In this document: positions 9,044 through 18,544 of the stretch, one piece after another
Position numbering within the stretch: position 1 is the stretch's first letter
Layout: each line of letters begins with the position of its first letter
Assembly: GCA_016789685.1 (NCBI GenBank)
Contig: JAEUQQ010000397.1
Span: 1 to 49,563, forward strand
Direction of reading: 5' to 3'
Length of the DNA stretch: 49,563 bases
Origin: Acidobacteriota bacterium
GTDB taxonomy: Bacteria > Acidobacteriota > Vicinamibacteria > Vicinamibacterales > JAFNAJ01
Position numbers and translations under genes: made by a program
The notes under the pieces: model-generated
What the model was told of the DNA's origin: nothing
The model's input: only the letters and a program-made list of their open reading frames with translations
Database searches by the model: none

Positions 9044-10258
9044 CTACGCGGGGCGCGCATCGCCCCGGCGGGATGGCGTCGCGGCCAGCAATCCCACGAT
9101 CGCGACCAGCGCGAAGCCGCCGCCGACGGCGAACGTCGCGCCGGGGCCAGCGGCGCTCCACATGAGGCCGGCGATGACACTCGCGAGCAGCATCGCCATC
9201 CCGTTCACGAGGTTGAACACTCCGAAGGCCGTTCCCCGCGCGTGCGCCGGCGCGGTGTCGGCCACGAGCTTCGAGAACAGGCCCTGCGACAGGCCGAGAT
9301 GCGCGCCCCAGGCCGCGGTGCCGACGAAGACGAACCACGGAGCCGTGGCCACCGCAAGCGCGACATCGGCGGCCACGAGAACGGCAAGGCCGGCGACGAG
9401 CAGCGTGCGGGCGCTCATCGTGTCGGCGGCATGGCCGGCCGGGTACGCCACGCCGGCGTAGATGACGTTCATCAGGATCATCACGGCCGGGACCTGGGCG
9501 ATGGGCAGGCCGGCATCCTGGGCGCGCAGGACGAGGAAGGCCTCGCTGAACCGCGCGAGGGCGAACACGACGCCGAGCGCGACGATGTGCCAGTACCGGC
9601 GCGGCAGTTCGCGCGCCGCAGCCAGCGAGAGCGGGCGACGCGGCGCAGCGGTGCTGGCGCCTCGAACGCGTGCGGGTTCCCTGACGCAGGCCACGAGCAG
9701 CAGCACCGCGAGCGTGGCGGGCACGGTGGCGAGCCAGAGCACGGCGCGGATGTCGCCGGCGAACCATCCCATGGCCAGCAGCGCCAGCAACGGTCCCAGA
9801 AAGGCGCCAATCGAGTCCATCGACTGGCGGAGGCCGTAGGCCGCGCCGCGCATGTGGGCCGGCACGACGTCGGCGACCAGCGCGTCGCGCGGAGCGCCGC
9901 GGATCCCTTTCCCGACACGATCGACGAACCGTGCGCCGAAGACCCACGACACCGAGGCCGCCAGGGGGAAGACGGGCTTCGTCAGCGCAGCGAGGCCGTA
10001 GCCGGCCACCACGAGCCACTTGCGCGAGCCCACGGCGTCGCTCAGCGAACCCGAGAACACCTTGACGATCGACGCGGTGGCCTCGGCAACGCCCTCGATG
10101 ACGCCGACGGTCACCATCCCTGCGCCGAGGACGGTGGTCATGTAGATGGGGAGCAGGGCATGGACGAGTTCCGAGGACGTGTCCATGCAGAGCGAGACGA
10201 CACCGAGAATCCAGATCAGCCCGGGCAGGCGCGAACGCGTCGGCACCGTGCGACTCAT
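9044..10258 (-). CDS. MFS transporter
   Basis: ORF 9044..10282. Start taken as ATG 10258 (MSRTVPTRSRLPGLIW), preceded by AGGGGTGA. The product is about 12 hydrophobic segments, with the loop motif RFVDRVGKGIRGAPRDAL. Confidence 0.85.
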   Translation of the reverse strand: MSRTVPTRSRLPGLIWILGVVSLCMDTSSELVHALLPIYMTTVLGAGMVTVGVIEGVAEATASIVKVFSGSLSDAVGSRKWLVVAGYGLAALTKPVFPLAASVSWVFGARFVDRVGKGIRGAPRDALVADVVPAHMRGAAYGLRQSMDSIGAFLGPLLALLAMGWFAGDIRAVLWLATVPATLAVLLLVACVREPARVRGASTAAPRRPLSLAAARELPRRYWHIVALGVVFALARFSEAFLVLRAQDAGLPIAQVPAVMILMNVIYAGVAYPAGHAADTMSARTLLVAGLAVLVAADVALAVATAPWFVFVGTAAWGAHLGLSQGLFSKLVADTAPAHARGTAFGVFNLVNGMAMLLASVIAGLMWSAAGPGATFAVGGGFALVAIVGLLAATPSRRGDARPA

Positions 10259-10384
10259 CGACGGATCACCCCTTGCAAGCACGACTCGGGCACCCCGTCA
10301 GACCGCACGGCCGACCATCCCGTTCCCTCCCCCAGTGACACCGCCCGTTTCCCAAACCACCCCCACGCCCCCGGAATCCCAACC

Positions 10385-10405
10385 AATTGGGGTCAGACCC
10401 CAATT
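10385..10405. repeat. Perfect 10+1+10 palindrome AATTGGGGTCAGACCCCAATT
   Basis: Read directly from the sequence. The core GGGGTCA-GACCCC equals the two termini of the 43-nt REP unit joined without the interior. Confidence 0.8.
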
Positions 10406-10434
10406 CGGCGTCAATTTCCTGCTCCTCGCAGAAT

Positions 10435-10452
10435 CCGGCGAAGAATCGCCGG
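10435..10452 (-). terminator. Candidate stem-loop downstream of the VWFA gene (CCGGCGA-agaa-TCGCCGG)
   Basis: A 7-bp GC-rich stem with a 4-nt loop, about 70 nt after the stop at 10523. On the minus strand it is followed by ATTCTG. There is no clear U-tract. Confidence 0.3.
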
Positions 10453-10522
10453 GGCGCACCGCGAATCCGGGAATTCGGGCCAGACCCTCATCATCGCGGG
10501 GAGGCGGCGCGACTCCGGTGGA

Positions 10523-12775
10523 TTACGGGATGATGCGGAAGGCGGAGACGCTCGCGGTGGTGACGCTCGCGGTGGTGGTCGCCACGCGGATGGCGTAATC
10601 GCCCGTCGCCAGCGGCGCCAGGCTCACGTCGGCCACCGCCCACGACACGTCGCCGGTCGCCGGCGCCAGCTTGCTGGCCACCGGGATCTTCACCACCTTG
10701 CCCGTGCGATCCAGCAACTCCGCGTCGACCCGCTCGGCGGCGGCCGCCAGCGGCACCTCGACCCGAATCCACTCGTTGCGCCGGAACGACGCGTCGCCCG
10801 TCCGCTGGAACAACGTCCCCGTCGTCGGGCCCCGACGCCAGAGACGCGGCGCCCCGGCACCCGCCATGTCGGCAGGGATGGTGAACCTGACGCTCTCGAC
10901 CAGCGGCAACCCGCCGCCGGCAGGGACGATCCGCATCCGCAGCACGGCGTCGCCGGGAGGCAGTGCCACGTCGGGGAGTTCAATCTCGGCGACGCGCTGG
11001 CCGCTGGCGAGTTCGATGGTCGTCGCCCCGAGCTTCGTCCCGTTGTCGGCGGTGAGCGTGACGTCGATCCTTGCACCGGCCGTCCACTCGGGCGTTCGTG
11101 CAAATGCGCGATCGATCTCGGCGATTGCCCACACCCGACCCATCGGCGACGCCGCATCGGGCCGCGCCAGCCACGACACCTGCGAGCGCACCCGCGTGTC
11201 GGGACGCAGCGACGCCAGTGACCCGATGGCGCGCGTCACGGCGGCCACCTCGGGCGACACCTCGGGGGCCGCGGCTGGGGCTTCGGTCACCATCTCGTCT
11301 TCTCGCGCGGCCAGGTACCCCTTGCGCGCGCGCACGTCGACACCCGGACGTTTGACGCGCACCTTGATTGTCCGGAACCTTCCGTCGAACTTGTCGTTCG
11401 ACGAGTAGTACCCGAGCAGGTAGTACGACCCGACGTCGGCGACGATGCGCGAGAGGCCGCGCTCGATGTCGTTGCTGTTGACCACCGCGATGCCGTCGGT
11501 CTCGGCCGCCATCACCTGCAGCGATGTGATGCGCTGGCGCAACTGCGACTGGTCGGCTGCCGGCGACATGCCCATCATGGCGGGCTGCCCGATCTCGCCC
11601 TCGATGCTGGTGTCGAACACCGGCAGGCCGCGGGGATCGACCGGGTAGAACGTCACGTTCGAGCGGTTGGCCTTGCTCAGCAGCGCGCGGAACTCGCTGT
11701 CGTTGTCGATCATCGACAGCATCATCCGGTCCATCTCGCACTTCGACCGCATGTCGCCCGACCGCGCGCTGGCGATGTCGTTCGTCAAGCGGCCCGTGGG
11801 GCCCTCGCCGATGCCCGGCAGCGTGGGCCGTCGGTCGGGACCGCTGTTGGCGAGCGCGGGATTCGGCCTGAACAGGCGCCAGCCGTCGCTGACCGTGATG
11901 ACGGCCTTGCGCTCCTCGCGAATGCCCCTGAGCGATCCCACCAGGTCGGCGAGCGCCTCGAGCGTCAGCTTCTCGCGCCGGCGCGCGATCATCTCCTGCG
12001 CCACCCCGGCGACGGTCTCGCCCTGCTCCATCGTGCGGGGATCGCCCGCCACGCGCGTGACGGCCGCCACATCGTGGGGATAGCACGACAGGTACGACGC
12101 CTCATCCGGGTCGAGTTCGACGCGCTGATCGCGTCGTCCCCAGTTCCAGTATCTCGAGAGCAGGGCCTCGATGCCGTCCGTCCGCCGCGCCAGGGTCACG
12201 TCACGGGCCGACATGTCGGGCGTCATGACGCCGACGAGGTCGTCGGGGCCCAGCAGGCGCGTGAGCATCGTGACCAGGGCCGAGCGCATGCGGTGCGAGC
12301 CGGCCAGGCCCGTGTGGTAGGTGTCGAGGAACACGATGAAGACGCGCGCGCGCGGGTCCTGCGCCATCTCGCGCGACTCGGTCACCGTCTGCGGCTCGCG
12401 TTTCATCGGCTCGGGCACGTTGCCGCGGATCTGGATGAACTCGAACTGGTCGATCTTCTGCACGGCGCCGTCTTCGAGCACCTCGAAGTCGTCTTTCGTG
12501 AGGTCGCGGACGGGTTCGCCCTTGAGCGTCGGATAGACATCGACGCGCACGTAGTTGGCCTCGACCCTGAAGGTGGGACGTGCCGGCGGCTGGGACTCCT
12601 GCGCGCCAGCGCGCTCGCCCTGCTGCTGCGCTCCGCCGGGCGACGAGACGGTGGCACACAGCGCCAGCGTCGCCACGGCCAGGCGCCATCCGCCACCAAC
12701 CCGACGCGAGGAAGCCGACACCGTGGCGCCGCCGGCAGCCGCGGCCGATCCAGGAATCCGAGTCGAAGTGCGCAT
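10523..12775 (-). CDS. VWFA-related Acidobacterial-domain protein (TIGR03436-like), secreted
   Basis: ORF 10523..12982 trimmed to ATG 12775 (MRTSTRIPG...). Typical family blocks: FRVEANYVRVDVYP, KDDFEVLEDG, IVFLDTYH, NVTFYPVDPRGL, SYYLLGYYSSN, RTIKVRVKRPGVDVRARKGY. Confidence 0.85.
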   Translation of the reverse strand: MRTSTRIPGSAAAAGGATVSASSRRVGGGWRLAVATLALCATVSSPGGAQQQGERAGAQESQPPARPTFRVEANYVRVDVYPTLKGEPVRDLTKDDFEVLEDGAVQKIDQFEFIQIRGNVPEPMKREPQTVTESREMAQDPRARVFIVFLDTYHTGLAGSHRMRSALVTMLTRLLGPDDLVGVMTPDMSARDVTLARRTDGIEALLSRYWNWGRRDQRVELDPDEASYLSCYPHDVAAVTRVAGDPRTMEQGETVAGVAQEMIARRREKLTLEALADLVGSLRGIREERKAVITVSDGWRLFRPNPALANSGPDRRPTLPGIGEGPTGRLTNDIASARSGDMRSKCEMDRMMLSMIDNDSEFRALLSKANRSNVTFYPVDPRGLPVFDTSIEGEIGQPAMMGMSPAADQSQLRQRITSLQVMAAETDGIAVVNSNDIERGLSRIVADVGSYYLLGYYSSNDKFDGRFRTIKVRVKRPGVDVRARKGYLAAREDEMVTEAPAAAPEVSPEVAAVTRAIGSLASLRPDTRVRSQVSWLARPDAASPMGRVWAIAEIDRAFARTPEWTAGARIDVTLTADNGTKLGATTIELASGQRVAEIELPDVALPPGDAVLRMRIVPAGGGLPLVESVRFTIPADMAGAGAPRLWRRGPTTGTLFQRTGDASFRRNEWIRVEVPLAAAAERVDAELLDRTGKVVKIPVASKLAPATGDVSWAVADVSLAPLATGDYAIRVATTTASVTTASVSAFRIIP

Positions 12776-12875
12776 GCCCGCAGTGTAGTCCCGAACTGCG
12801 GCCGCGGCGCCAGTCACTCCCGCAGTGTCAGGACACACGCGGGGAGTGGCTGGGCCGCACGGCGCGGGCAGGGCG

Positions 12876-13301
12876 CTACGTCCGCGATGCGATCTCGGCC
12901 CGCAGGCGCTCTTCCTGCGCACGCAGTTCGGGCGTGAGCGCCGCGCCGAAGTCCTCGGCCTCGAACACGGGGCGAATTTCAATCTCCGACGGCCCGTTCA
13001 TGGGGTTCGGACACCGCTTCACCCACGCGACGGCTTCGTCCATCGACGCGACGGTCCAGATCCAGAAACCCGCGACCAGTTCCTTGGTCTCGGCAAACGG
13101 TCCGTCGATGACCGTCCGGTCGGGACCGTTGAAGGCCACGCGCTTGCCCCTGGCGCTCGGATGCAGGCCTTCGCCGGCCTGCATGACGCCGGCCTTGACC
13201 AGCTCTTCGTTGAAGGCGCCCATCTGGGCCATCAGCTGTTCGCTGGGCATGGTGCCGGCTTCGGATTCCTGGGTAGCTTTGACGAACACGACACAACGCA
13301 T
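12876..13301 (-). CDS. YciI-like (DGPF-motif) family protein
   Basis: 141-aa ORF with IDGPFAETKELVAGFWIW and MDEAVAWVKRCP, the characteristic YCII/DGPF signature. Confidence 0.85.
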   Translation of the reverse strand: MRCVVFVKATQESEAGTMPSEQLMAQMGAFNEELVKAGVMQAGEGLHPSARGKRVAFNGPDRTVIDGPFAETKELVAGFWIWTVASMDEAVAWVKRCPNPMNGPSEIEIRPVFEAEDFGAALTPELRAQEERLRAEIASRT

Positions 13302-13345
13302 CGGGGTCTCCTGCGGGTGAGTGGTGGCACTGGTGCGACGAGGAT

Positions 13346-13388
13346 GGGGTCAGAGCGTGCGAAATGCGATGAAGAAAGATGTGACCCC
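13346..13388 (-). repeat. 43-nt REP-like element, copy F (single unit)
   Basis: The reverse complement is 42/43 identical to copy A. It lies between the divergent YciI-like and MATE genes. Confidence 0.9.
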
Positions 13389-13526
13389 TCCCAGCACGGT
13401 CGAACGGGGCGAGGCCGGATCGACAGCGAATCGAGCGCAACGGGGTGCCGCCGGGCGGCAATCTCGTCCCCGCGTCACTGTTGACGCTGAAACTGCCGAG
13501 TAAACGGCTAAGATACCCATTCCCCT

Positions 13527-14954
13527 GTGGCCGAAGACCCTCCCGCCTCGATTGCCCCCACGTGTCGCTACGACCGTTCCATCGTCGAGGGGCCACTCCC
13601 CCCGGCCGTCTGGAAGATCGCGTGGCCGACCATGCTCACCAACATCGTCGGGGGGCTCCAGGGCATCATCGACCACGTCCTCGTCGGCCACCTCGTCGGT
13701 TTCACCGGCAATGCCGCCATCGGCGTCTCGTGGCAGATCTTCATCGTCGTGATCGTCTTCATCACCTCGCTGTTCACCGGCATGAGCGTGCTCGTCGCCA
13801 GGTTTGCCGGCGCGCGCGAGCCCGAGAAGGTCGATCGCACCGTCTACCAGGCCTTCCTCACCGCCACGGGCCTCTCGTGGTTCGTGATGGCGCCCATCGG
13901 CTACCTCCTGTCGCCCGTCCTGCTCGATTTCGTCAACGCCGCACCGGCGGTGAAGGCCGAGGCCCTGCCGTTCCTGCGCGTGATGTTCATCTTCAGCGGC
14001 GGGTTCCTCGTGTTCTTCATGCTCGGCGGCGCCCTGCGCGCCGCGGGCGACGCGCGCACGCCGATGCGCATCGGCATCGCGCTCACCCTGCTCAACATCG
14101 CGTTCAACGTCGTGCTGATTGGCGGCCTCGGCCCCATCCCCGCGTTCGGGACCATGGGCTCGGCCATGGGCCTGTGCCTGGCGTCGGGCATCGTCTCGGC
14201 GTATGCCGTCACGAAACTGGTCCGCGGCGGATGGGTGGTGTCGTTCCCGCGCGGGGGGCCGTGGGGCCCCGACTGGACGATCATCCGCTCGCTGTTCAAG
14301 TTTGGCCTGCCCACCGGCATCCAGGGCATCGCCATGAACATCGGCGGCGTCTTCATGCTCGGCTACATCGGGTCGCTCGCGCAGAGCGCGGCCGCACAGG
14401 CGGCCTTTGCCGTGTCGTACTCGCAGCTGTTCTCGCTCGTCACCTGGACGTCGGTCGGCCTGCTCGGGGCCGCCGCCACGGTCGCAGGCCAGAACCTCGG
14501 CGCCGGGCATCCCGATCGCGCCAACCAGGCGGTGCACGTCGCCGCGCGCATTGCCGTGACCGCGGCCGCCGTCATCGGCCTGTTCTTCTTCGCCATCCCG
14601 CGCCAGTTGCTCGCCGTCTTCGGCATGAACGAGCCCGCCGTGGTCGAGATCGGGACGCAATTGCTCCGGATCCTCAGCGCCTCGGGATTCTTCATCGCCG
14701 TCGCGCTGACCTACACCGGCGGCCTCCAGGGTACGGGCGACACGAAAAGCCCGCTCTACATCTCGATCGTCTCGCAGGTGCTGGTGCCGCTCGGCATCTG
14801 CTTCGTCGTCCAGCGCCTCACGACGCTGCAGCCGCTCCACATCTGGATCGCCATCCTCGTCGGCCATGCCACGCGGTGCGGCCTGAGCGTGGCGCGCTTC
14901 AACCAGGGGGCCTGGCGGCGCATCCGCGTCGATCTCGGCGAAGCGACGTCCTGA
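13527..14954 (+). CDS. MATE family efflux transporter
   Basis: 475-aa ORF with 12 predicted hydrophobic segments. MATE-like N-terminus WKIAWPTMLTNIVGGLQGIIDHVLVGHL, plus GLPTGIQG and AGQNLGAG motifs. Confidence 0.9.
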   Translation: MAEDPPASIAPTCRYDRSIVEGPLPPAVWKIAWPTMLTNIVGGLQGIIDHVLVGHLVGFTGNAAIGVSWQIFIVVIVFITSLFTGMSVLVARFAGAREPEKVDRTVYQAFLTATGLSWFVMAPIGYLLSPVLLDFVNAAPAVKAEALPFLRVMFIFSGGFLVFFMLGGALRAAGDARTPMRIGIALTLLNIAFNVVLIGGLGPIPAFGTMGSAMGLCLASGIVSAYAVTKLVRGGWVVSFPRGGPWGPDWTIIRSLFKFGLPTGIQGIAMNIGGVFMLGYIGSLAQSAAAQAAFAVSYSQLFSLVTWTSVGLLGAAATVAGQNLGAGHPDRANQAVHVAARIAVTAAAVIGLFFFAIPRQLLAVFGMNEPAVVEIGTQLLRILSASGFFIAVALTYTGGLQGTGDTKSPLYISIVSQVLVPLGICFVVQRLTTLQPLHIWIAILVGHATRCGLSVARFNQGAWRRIRVDLGEATS

Positions 14955-15048
14955 ACGCTGACACGATCGCTGCCGCAGCCAGGGCCCGGCGCTCACCCGG
15001 CCGTCGGGCCGGCACCTTCGACAGGTGAAACAGGGGTCGGTGCGGCGC

Positions 15049-17436
15049 TCATCCGGGCGGCGACATCGGGGTGAGGCACGGCCTGATGTCGTCGAGCGCG
15101 CGCGGGAACAGTCCCGGCTGCGTCGGATCATCGAACACGTCGTCGACATCATCCGGATGGAACGCTCGCGACAGCCGCTGCGCGAACGTGTCGCGCAACA
15201 CCCGCACGTAGTGCGCGACATCGTAGTCGCGCGGGTCCTCGTCGTCCACCACGCGCCAGCTGCCGCCCGTGGCGCGGTAGATCCTGATGCGCTCGTTGGC
15301 GCGCCAGGTCGTGCGGCCGCTCGAGAGCACGGCTTCGTACGACGCTTCGTGCCGCTCGTCGCGCACCTCGCGATATTCGCGCGGCGACTTCGTGAGCCGC
15401 ACGAGCGACGACACCTCGCGCGTCGGCACCTCGCGCCGGTGCAGCGCCAGGATGACCTCGTGAAAGGCCTCGCGCACCCCCGCGACGTCATCGACGAGGA
15501 GGCGTCCGATGGCCCGGCGCAAGAACGCCTCGCCGTACGGCTCGGCGCGGCTCGACCTGAACCCGACGCCCCGCAGCAGCAACTCGCCGTCGTACGAGAG
15601 CAGCGCGTAGTTTTTCGGCTCGTGCGACAGCATCGCGCGATAGCGCCCTTCGAACTCGAGTTGTACCAGGGGCGGCAGCAGCGCACCCACCTCGGCCACC
15701 ACGCGACGTTCGTCGGCCTCGGTCCAGCCGTCGGGCACGGCGAAGTACACGCCATCGGTGTCGGCCTCGAGCAGCATCACGCCACGCGCCGCGAGCTCAC
15801 GGCACAGCAGGTCGAGCGTCTCGCGTCCGCGCCGGGTGACCTCGTTGGCCGCGTGCACGTCGGCAAACCGCGTGAGCGCGCCGCCAGCGGCGAGGTAGCC
15901 GTAGGCCGAGTTCACCACGATCTTGAGCGCGGCCGACATCGCCTCGTGCGTGAAACGTTCGGCCGATCCCGTCGGGAAGCGGCGCGCGTCGGCCTTCGCG
16001 GCGAGCCGGCGCTCGACGAGGCCATCCACCAGCGCCAGCAGCGCGCCGAGGTGATCGCGCGCGGGCCCAATCGCGAAGGCGCGCATCAGCGACGGATACA
16101 GGCTTGCCACGTCGGCCTTCACGACCCGGTGGGCGACACCCGCCGCAAACAGGTGCAGGGCCGCGCCGCTGTGCGGCGTCCCATCGCCCTCCTCGTGCGC
16201 CGGCAGCGCCTTCCCCGCCCTGAGGTAGGCGCGCACCAGCAGCGGGTCGATGACACCGGTCGCCGCGCCCGCATCGGCGAGCCGTTCGTAGCGACGCGGC
16301 GCCATGCGCGCCAGCGCAAACGCCGCCCCACCGAGCAGGCGTGACAACGCCGCCACTTCGTTGACGTCGTCGATGGCGTAGCGGCGGACGCGATCGGGAT
16401 CACGCCGGTAGACCTCGGCGACCTCGCCCCCCCGGATGTACTCGCGGTCTGGCCCCGCGATGCCGAAGTGCCGGGCCACGGCCTTGAGCCCGTGTCCCGG
16501 AAGGTCGCGCGCCGAGAACGCGTGGCGCAGCACCGCATCCATCGTGTCGATCAGCTCGCGCCCCGGCACCACATACCGGAACTTCCGCGACGTGGCGCCG
16601 CGGTCGTCCGAGACGCCGCGCTGCGCCGGGCGCGTGCGGAACCCCGGCGGCCCGATGCGCCCGAGCGCCAGCGGTACGCCCAGGCGCGCCGCGCGTCGAT
16701 GCAGGAAGGGCAGGTCGAACCCATGCAGGTTGTGGTTCTCGATCACGTCGGGATCGGCCCGTTGCACGAGCGCGACGAAGCGCTGGATCAAGTCGGCTTC
16801 GGCGGCATCGCCCTCACCGTCGGCCTCGAGCGTTGTCGCGCGCCCGGCAGGGTCGCGCACCGCGATCAGGAAGATGCGGTCGCGGTCGGCGTGCAGCCCG
16901 GTCGTCTCGAGGTCGAACTGGAGCCGTTGTACCTGGTCGTAGGCAAGATCGCGGAAGTACGTCCGTCCCGTCGCGACGAGGTATTGCTCTTCTGGTGGCA
17001 GCAGGACCGATGCGGTCTTGCCGAGGTCGCGCAGGTGCGTGATGTGGCGCTGGGCACGGCGCGAGGCGCAGACGAGCACCTCGGAAGCGAGCGCCTGCCC
17101 CGTGTCGGCGCTCGCCAGGAAGCGCAGCGCGCCGGGGCCCTCGAGTTCGCGGCACGTCACGCCCCGCGCATCGCTGGCCCCGGGCGCGGCGATCGCCGAT
17201 TCGAGCGGGAAGTCGAGCAGGATCCACGGCCTGAACCGCGCCTGCTCGCGCGTGAGGAGCCCGGAGTCCGGCTCGCGGCGCCAGACGCTCGCGCGTCCGT
17301 CCATGTCGGCCCACACCGACACGATGCCGGGCGTGGGGTCCCATCCCCACAACCACTCGTCGGTGGATCCCTGCGAGCGCGCGCCGCGGTCGCTCGATGT
17401 CGACAGGATCACGGCTCGAGTGTCGCTGTCATTCAC
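15049..17436 (-). CDS. polB: Family B DNA polymerase with 3'-5' exonuclease domain (Pol II-like)
   Basis: 795-aa ORF with a GTG start. Exo I is FDLETTG, Exo II is NHNLHGFDLPFL, Exo III is YAIDDVNEV. Pol motif A is DVASLYPSLM, motif B is KIVVNSAYGYL, motif C is LEADTDGVYF. Confidence 0.88.
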   Translation of the reverse strand: MNDSDTRAVILSTSSDRGARSQGSTDEWLWGWDPTPGIVSVWADMDGRASVWRREPDSGLLTREQARFRPWILLDFPLESAIAAPGASDARGVTCRELEGPGALRFLASADTGQALASEVLVCASRRAQRHITHLRDLGKTASVLLPPEEQYLVATGRTYFRDLAYDQVQRLQFDLETTGLHADRDRIFLIAVRDPAGRATTLEADGEGDAAEADLIQRFVALVQRADPDVIENHNLHGFDLPFLHRRAARLGVPLALGRIGPPGFRTRPAQRGVSDDRGATSRKFRYVVPGRELIDTMDAVLRHAFSARDLPGHGLKAVARHFGIAGPDREYIRGGEVAEVYRRDPDRVRRYAIDDVNEVAALSRLLGGAAFALARMAPRRYERLADAGAATGVIDPLLVRAYLRAGKALPAHEEGDGTPHSGAALHLFAAGVAHRVVKADVASLYPSLMRAFAIGPARDHLGALLALVDGLVERRLAAKADARRFPTGSAERFTHEAMSAALKIVVNSAYGYLAAGGALTRFADVHAANEVTRRGRETLDLLCRELAARGVMLLEADTDGVYFAVPDGWTEADERRVVAEVGALLPPLVQLEFEGRYRAMLSHEPKNYALLSYDGELLLRGVGFRSSRAEPYGEAFLRRAIGRLLVDDVAGVREAFHEVILALHRREVPTREVSSLVRLTKSPREYREVRDERHEASYEAVLSSGRTTWRANERIRIYRATGGSWRVVDDEDPRDYDVAHYVRVLRDTFAQRLSRAFHPDDVDDVFDDPTQPGLFPRALDDIRPCLTPMSPPG

Positions 17437-17469
17437 GCGGTGGCCCCTTCGCGGGGTTTTGGGGTGAGA

Positions 17470-18540
17470 ATGCTGCGCATGCGCTTTGCCACCATGCTAC
17501 TCGTCATCGGGGCCGTCGCCGCCGCGCTCCCAGCGGCCCAGCCGCCCTCGTCCACGACGCCACCGCCGGGCAGCGGGGTGACCGCGCGCCTTCGCGGCAT
17601 CAGCGTCGTGTCAGACACCGTCGCGTGGGCCAGCGGCACGGACGGCACCGTCATCCGCACGCGCGACGGCGGGCAGACGTGGACGCGGCTGACCGTCGAC
17701 GGCGCGGCGCGGCTCGACTTCCGCGATGTCGATGCGGTCAGCGAGCGCGAGGCCTTCGTGCTGAGCATCGGGCCCGGCGATGCCTCGCGGATCTACAAGA
17801 CCTCTGATGCGGGCGCGACGTGGGTGCTGCAGTTCACGAACGCCGATCCGAAGGCGTTCTTCGACGCGATGGCGTTCTGGGACGCGCGTCGCGGGCTCGC
17901 CGTGAGCGACTCGGTCGACGGCGCGTTCGTCATCCTCGCCACGAGCGACGGTGGCGCGACATGGACGCGCATCCCCGCAGATCGCCTGCCAGCCGCGCTG
18001 CCCGGCGAGGGCGCGTTTGCCGCAAGCGGCACCAATGTCGCCGTGCACGGCACGCGGCACGCCTGGTTCGCGACCGGCGCCGGGCGTGTGCTGCGCACCA
18101 GCGACGGCGGCGCGTCGTGGACGATCGCCGCGACGCCGCTGGCCGCGCTGGCCTCTGCGTCGGCGGGCATCTTCTCGGTCGCGTTCCGCGACGAGCGGCA
18201 TGGCGTCGTGGTGGGCGGCGACTACAGGCAGGAGCGCGCGGTGTCTGACAACGCCGCGGTGACGTCTGATGGTGGCCAGACGTGGACGCTGCGCCGGGGA
18301 CTCGGCGGCTATCGCTCGGCGGTGGCCTACGTCCCGGGGCGGTCGGCGCCGACGCTAATCGCGGCTGGCCCGGCGGGCACCGACATCTCGACCGACGAGG
18401 GCCAGGCGTGGCGTCCGCTGTCGGAGCACGGGTTCCACGCCATCGGCGTGTCGCCATCCGGCCGCATCGCCCTGGGCGTCGGCGAACGCGGCCTGGTCGC
18501 CCCCATCGTCGTCGCGCTCGACTCCCGCGTGCGCTACTAA
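17470..18540 (+). CDS. BNR/Asp-box repeat beta-propeller protein (Ycf48-like), secreted
   Basis: ORF 16468..18540 trimmed to ATG 17470 (MLRMRFATMLLVIGAVAAALPAAQ, a signal peptide). Six SxDxGxTW-type boxes: TRDGGQTW, TSDAGATW, TSDGGATW, TSDGGASW, TSDGGQTW, STDEGQAW. Confidence 0.85.
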   Translation: MLRMRFATMLLVIGAVAAALPAAQPPSSTTPPPGSGVTARLRGISVVSDTVAWASGTDGTVIRTRDGGQTWTRLTVDGAARLDFRDVDAVSEREAFVLSIGPGDASRIYKTSDAGATWVLQFTNADPKAFFDAMAFWDARRGLAVSDSVDGAFVILATSDGGATWTRIPADRLPAALPGEGAFAASGTNVAVHGTRHAWFATGAGRVLRTSDGGASWTIAATPLAALASASAGIFSVAFRDERHGVVVGGDYRQERAVSDNAAVTSDGGQTWTLRRGLGGYRSAVAYVPGRSAPTLIAAGPAGTDISTDEGQAWRPLSEHGFHAIGVSPSGRIALGVGERGLVAPIVVALDSRVRY

Positions 18541-18544
18541 AGGC

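Noticed and set aside
6031-9180. 1049-aa minus-strand ORF in the track
   Set aside because: Only the last ~364 codons (6031-7125) look like a real protein. The upstream two thirds is Arg/Gly/Asp-rich antisense of the clearly genuine histidine kinase at 7273-9033.
13350-15755. 801-aa minus-strand ORF, and similar long antisense ORFs (2545..4125, 4749..6188, 8774..11221, 20658..22331, 32080..33978, 35557..36885, 39045..41243, 41610..42791)
   Set aside because: Each overlaps a strongly supported gene on the other strand or in another frame, and each shows Arg/Gly/Pro/Asp-dominated low-complexity translation without family motifs.
15049-17436. PolB as a marker of a casposon or pipolin mobile element
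   Set aside because: No Cas1, integrase/recombinase, terminal inverted repeats, tRNA target or compositional shift flanks it. The neighbours are ordinary transporter and propeller genes.
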